From a virus: a DNA stretch of 33,812 nt. The position numbers and the translations under genes were made by a program. Position 1 is the stretch's first letter. The number at the start of each line of letters is the position of its first letter. The notes beneath the pieces are model-generated. The model worked only from the letters and a program-made list of their open reading frames with translations, had not been told where the DNA came from and did no database searches. The stretch lies in IMG/VR virus record IMGVR_UViG_3300045988_137872, positions 1 through 33,812 of that record; one strand, 5' to 3'. Shown in pieces: positions 31,020-33,812 of the stretch.

Positions 31020-31589
31020 ATGAATTCAACATTTCAGGAATTTTCAGAATTTGAAGTTGAAGATTTTGCAATTAAATTTCCGGGGGAAGAAAAGCATTCG
31101 ATCTGTGGAGCAGTCGGCTCCTGTGAAGAGACGCTGGATGCAAAGACGATCAAGAAAAAGTACAAAGGGATTGAGTCTAAGACCCGGACATGCGGTACCG
31201 GAACAGGCGAACTGAAATTAAGTCTTCACATGAATTATCAGAAGTACCTTGAAATTTACGGTATGAAAGATGAAGACTTAAAAGACGGTGTTTACGCGTA
31301 CGGACAGGATTCTATGCACCCAATTTTTTCTGTAACGGAAAAGGTTACGGACGAGGATGGTGCCGTAAAATTCAAAGCATATCCGAATTGTACCGTAAAA
31401 GAAGGAATTACCCGAAAGGTAGAAAACGGCGGAGAAGATGTCGCCGAGATCGACATGACGCTTTCTGTGATGCCGGATGAACATGGAGTTGGTATGTACG
31501 AAGCGTTAGAGTCCGGTTTGGACGAAACCATCAAAAAAGCATGGTTAGAGAACTTTAAGCCCGAACTGGTCAGAGTAAGCACCACATAG
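31020..31589 (+). CDS. Major tail protein
   Basis: 189 aa. ATG 31020 follows AGAGGAGGA. Lies upstream of the chaperone and TMP genes. Confidence 0.75.
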   Translation: MNSTFQEFSEFEVEDFAIKFPGEEKHSICGAVGSCEETLDAKTIKKKYKGIESKTRTCGTGTGELKLSLHMNYQKYLEIYGMKDEDLKDGVYAYGQDSMHPIFSVTEKVTDEDGAVKFKAYPNCTVKEGITRKVENGGEDVAEIDMTLSVMPDEHGVGMYEALESGLDETIKKAWLENFKPELVRVSTT

Positions 31590-31598
31590 GAGGTCTTT

Positions 31599-31841
31599 AT
31601 GAAAGTCAGAGTCATTAATAAATACAGGGATAAAGAAACCATGCAGATCGTTTCGGCAGGCACCATTATCCCGGACATGAGAAAAGAACGTTTTGACGAG
31701 ATCCAGTCGGTCGGCAACTTCCTTGAGGAGTTGCCGGAGCCGACATTGAAAGAGTTACGGGAGCAGGCAAAAGAGCTTGGGATTCCCGGCTGCAACAAAA
31801 TGAAAAAGGAAGAACTGTTAGAGGTCTTAGAGGGGAAGTGA
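31599..31841 (+). CDS. Small protein with Rho_N / SAP-like HeH motif
   Basis: PTLKELREQAKELGIPGCNKMKKEELLEVLEG matches the Rho N-terminal-domain pattern. 80 aa. Confidence 0.65.
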   Translation: MKVRVINKYRDKETMQIVSAGTIIPDMRKERFDEIQSVGNFLEELPEPTLKELREQAKELGIPGCNKMKKEELLEVLEGK

Positions 31842-31848
31842 TTTAATC

Positions 31849-32205
31849 ATGGCAGAAAAAAATACATATGTAGATTTTGAGTTAGAGGATGGCACAACCG
31901 TTAAGCTGACCTTACAGTTTTATCGCCTTTATATGTTAAAAAATACGAACAAAAAAGCTGTTTATGATCGATATAATAAGATCAATGCGGAGGGATTTAA
32001 AGAAGAGCTTGACATGGTGGATGTTCTGTACACCGCTTACCTGTGTGCGAATGTAAAAGAGATTGATACCTGTATGACAAGAGAAGAATTCCTTATGAAC
32101 ATGCCGGTTGACCGTGAGTATATCGGCGATACTTATAATATGCTCGTTAATCCAAAAAAAAACAAGGCTTCCGAAAAGCCTTCCGAGACAAAACCAAACG
32201 CTTAA
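31849..32205 (+). CDS. Tail assembly chaperone (gpG-like)
   Basis: 118 aa. Lies immediately upstream of the TMP gene and contains an A9 slippery run near its 3' end. Confidence 0.8.
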   Translation: MAEKNTYVDFELEDGTTVKLTLQFYRLYMLKNTNKKAVYDRYNKINAEGFKEELDMVDVLYTAYLCANVKEIDTCMTREEFLMNMPVDREYIGDTYNMLVNPKKNKASEKPSETKPNA

Positions 32206-32393
32206 AAAAGCGTATACGCGTACCGAGATTCCCGCTCGAAGATGTAGAGGATTATTACACATATTATGTGGAGATTCTTGAGATTTCAGAGGAAATCTTC
32301 TGGTATGCTGACATCGCATTTGTAAAAAACGTAGCAGAAAACAAAGCTGTGTATGACAGATGGCTGTCATCGGTTCGTGAAAGTGAGGGTTGA
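31849..32393 (+). CDS. Tail assembly chaperone, -1 frameshift product (gpGT-like)
   Basis: The -1 frame opens exactly at 32151, after a TAA at 32148-32150, and stays open to the TGA at 32391-32393, 1 nt before the TMP ATG. Extension ...RIRVPRFPLEDVEDYYTYYVEILEISEEIFWYADIAF... Confidence 0.7.
32154..32163 (+). promoter_or_regulatory. Slippery sequence for the -1 programmed frameshift
   Basis: CC-A-AAA-AAA-AAC in the zero frame (A9 run 32154-32162). X-XXY-YYZ heptamers A-AAA-AAA or A-AAA-AAC. Confidence 0.65.
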
Positions 32394-32394
32394 A

Positions 32395-33812
32395 ATGGCG
32401 GCAAAGAATGAAGCAAGGGTTAAATTTACGGCGGAAACAACGGAATTTAATCAGAATATCAAGGAATCCGAAACAAAAATGGCTGCTCTTAGAAGCGAGT
32501 TGAAGCTGAATTCAGAGCAGATGAAGACTTCCGGTGTCAGCATTGAAGGTCTTGAGGCAAAGCATGAGATGTTAAAACAGGTGCTTGCCGAGAGTGAGAA
32601 TAAGACAAAGAATTTAAGTGATAAATTAGAAGCCGCAAAGCGGATCTATGGAGAAAATTCAGAGGAAGTCTTAAGATTACAGTCAAAATTAAATAATGCG
32701 GCAGCTTCACAGGAAAACATCAAGCGGTCAATCCAGGACTGTACGGATGCCATTGATAAGCAGAAAAAAGCCGAGCAGGAATCGCAGAGCCATTTTTCAA
32801 AGCTGACGAATGAGATCGGGCAGCAGGAATCCGAGATTTCCAAGCTGAAAAAGGAATATGTCAATGTTGTTTTAGAGCAAGGCGAAACAAGTGACGCAGC
32901 ACAGGAGTTAGCCGGAAAGATAAATAAGCTGTCCGGTGAACTGAATGAGAATAAGCAGAAACTTAGTGATGCCCAGAAAGCCGCGGATGATGTGGCGCAG
33001 GGATATGATAACCTTAGGGACAGTGCGGAAGATGCAGGAAAGGGCGGTCAGTCCAGTGCAGAGGGATTTACCGTTGCCAAGGGAGCCATTGCAAATCTGG
33101 CTTCCGAAGCGATCCAGCAAGCCGTTGATAAATTTAAAGAGCTTACGATTGAGTCCGAAAAAGCCTTTGATAAATTACAGGCAAAGACCGGAGCATCCAA
33201 GGAAGATATGAGCCAATACAAGGATGTCGTGCAGGATGTTTACGGGAATGCATGGGGCGACAGCATTGAGGAATGTACCGGTGCACTTGGCACGGTTGTC
33301 CAGATGACGGACGACCTCAATAAAAAGGACTTGAAAAACATCACAGAAAACGTGATGACTCTTGCGGATGTCTATGATCTTGATTATGCAGAAAGCATGA
33401 GAGCCGTTAACTCATTAACAGACCAGTTTGAGATTTCACAGGAAGAGGCATTTAATCTTATTGTGCAGGGAGCACGGGAAGGATTGAACCAGAATGGTGA
33501 TCTTTTAGATGTCATCAATGAATATTCCGTGCAGTTCGCACAAGGCGGCTTAAGTGCTAATGATATGTTTAATATGATCGCCAATGGTGCCGGAGAAGGT
33601 GTATGGAGCATTGATAAGATGGGAGATGCATATAAAGAGTTTAGCATACGTCTTTCCGATGGCACCGCAAATGATTATCTGAAAAATATTGGTCTTGATG
33701 CCAATGAAGTTGTTGAAAAATTCCGCAAAGGCGGTCCTGATGCCAAAGAAGCCTTGGGGCAGATTTCAGATGCGATCAAAAACTGTGATGATAAAACACT
33801 GGCATACCAGAC
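32395..33812 (+). CDS. Tail tape measure protein, N-terminal part (open to the window end, continues at base 120)
   Basis: ATG 32395 follows GTGAGGG. I read 473 codons without a stop. Coiled-coil N-terminus, then the TP901-type core (...DKMGDAYKEFSIRLSDG...). Joined length is 891 aa. Absent from the ORF track. Confidence 0.85.
   Translation, partial: MAAKNEARVKFTAETTEFNQNIKESETKMAALRSELKLNSEQMKTSGVSIEGLEAKHEMLKQVLAESENKTKNLSDKLEAAKRIYGENSEEVLRLQSKLNNAAASQENIKRSIQDCTDAIDKQKKAEQESQSHFSKLTNEIGQQESEISKLKKEYVNVVLEQGETSDAAQELAGKINKLSGELNENKQKLSDAQKAADDVAQGYDNLRDSAEDAGKGGQSSAEGFTVAKGAIANLASEAIQQAVDKFKELTIESEKAFDKLQAKTGASKEDMSQYKDVVQDVYGNAWGDSIEECTGALGTVVQMTDDLNKKDLKNITENVMTLADVYDLDYAESMRAVNSLTDQFEISQEEAFNLIVQGAREGLNQNGDLLDVINEYSVQFAQGGLSANDMFNMIANGAGEGVWSIDKMGDAYKEFSIRLSDGTANDYLKNIGLDANEVVEKFRKGGPDAKEALGQISDAIKNCDDKTLAYQ
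33694..33812 (+). repeat. 119-bp exact copy of bases 1-119 (circular-closure overlap or terminal redundancy)
   Basis: cttgatgccaatgaagttgttgaaaaattccgcaaagg...ctggcataccagac is present at both window ends. Confidence 0.95.

Noticed and set aside
31292-31798. 168-aa minus-strand ORF across the major tail and Rho_N genes
   Set aside because: Antisense to two well-supported plus-strand genes, with no RBS or promoter, and it spans an intergenic gap.
1-33812. Diversity-generating retroelement, retron, CRISPR-Cas or other reverse-transcriptase-based system
   Set aside because: No ORF shows reverse-transcriptase (YxDD) motifs. There is no template/variable repeat pair, no spacer-repeat array and no cas-like genes.

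Overview
The window is one complete, circularly closed temperate siphovirus-type phage genome. Bases 1-119 are identical to 33694-33812, so the unique length is about 33,693 bp. GGAGG-type ribosome-binding sites and an M15 plus PG_binding_1 endolysin suggest a low-GC Gram-positive, Clostridia-like host (inference). The tape-measure gene spans the junction: it runs 32395..33812 and continues at 1..1377. Its 5' part is absent from the ORF track because it has no stop inside the window.

Gene order:
- Tail tip: Dit, Gp37-like protein, receptor-binding candidate (1380-4916).
- Lysis cassette: membrane protein, holin, M15 endolysin (4961-6368).
- Accessory, mostly minus-strand region with consensus promoters, palindromes and repeats (6429-9300).
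- CI-like repressor and divergent switch (9306-9836).
- Early genes (9852-20494). These include several sub-60-aa ORFs missing from the track, a sigma region-4 protein, a DUF4373 replisome organizer with internal 21-bp iterons, two DUF551 paralogs, an N6-adenine methyltransferase split into two coupled cistrons, and an HNH-like gene.
- Recombination island: large serine integrase, 20-bp perfect inverted repeat, HEAR-repeat protein, minimal tyrosine recombinase (20763-23423).
- HNH, G/C-run cos candidate, TerS, TerL, HK97-type head genes (23737-29588).
- Connector and tail genes, with a -1 frameshifted G/GT chaperone (29604-32393).

No tRNA, rRNA, CRISPR array or reverse transcriptase was seen. 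The best candidates for something undescribed are:
- the autoregulated-looking three-gene accessory module at 6429-7652;
- the repeat-bracketed cassette with a structured element at 7679-9097;
- the tiny membrane peptides directly behind the early promoter;
- the split methyltransferase;
- the dual-recombinase island with a perfect palindrome.

All family calls come from motif recognition by eye, not from searches.
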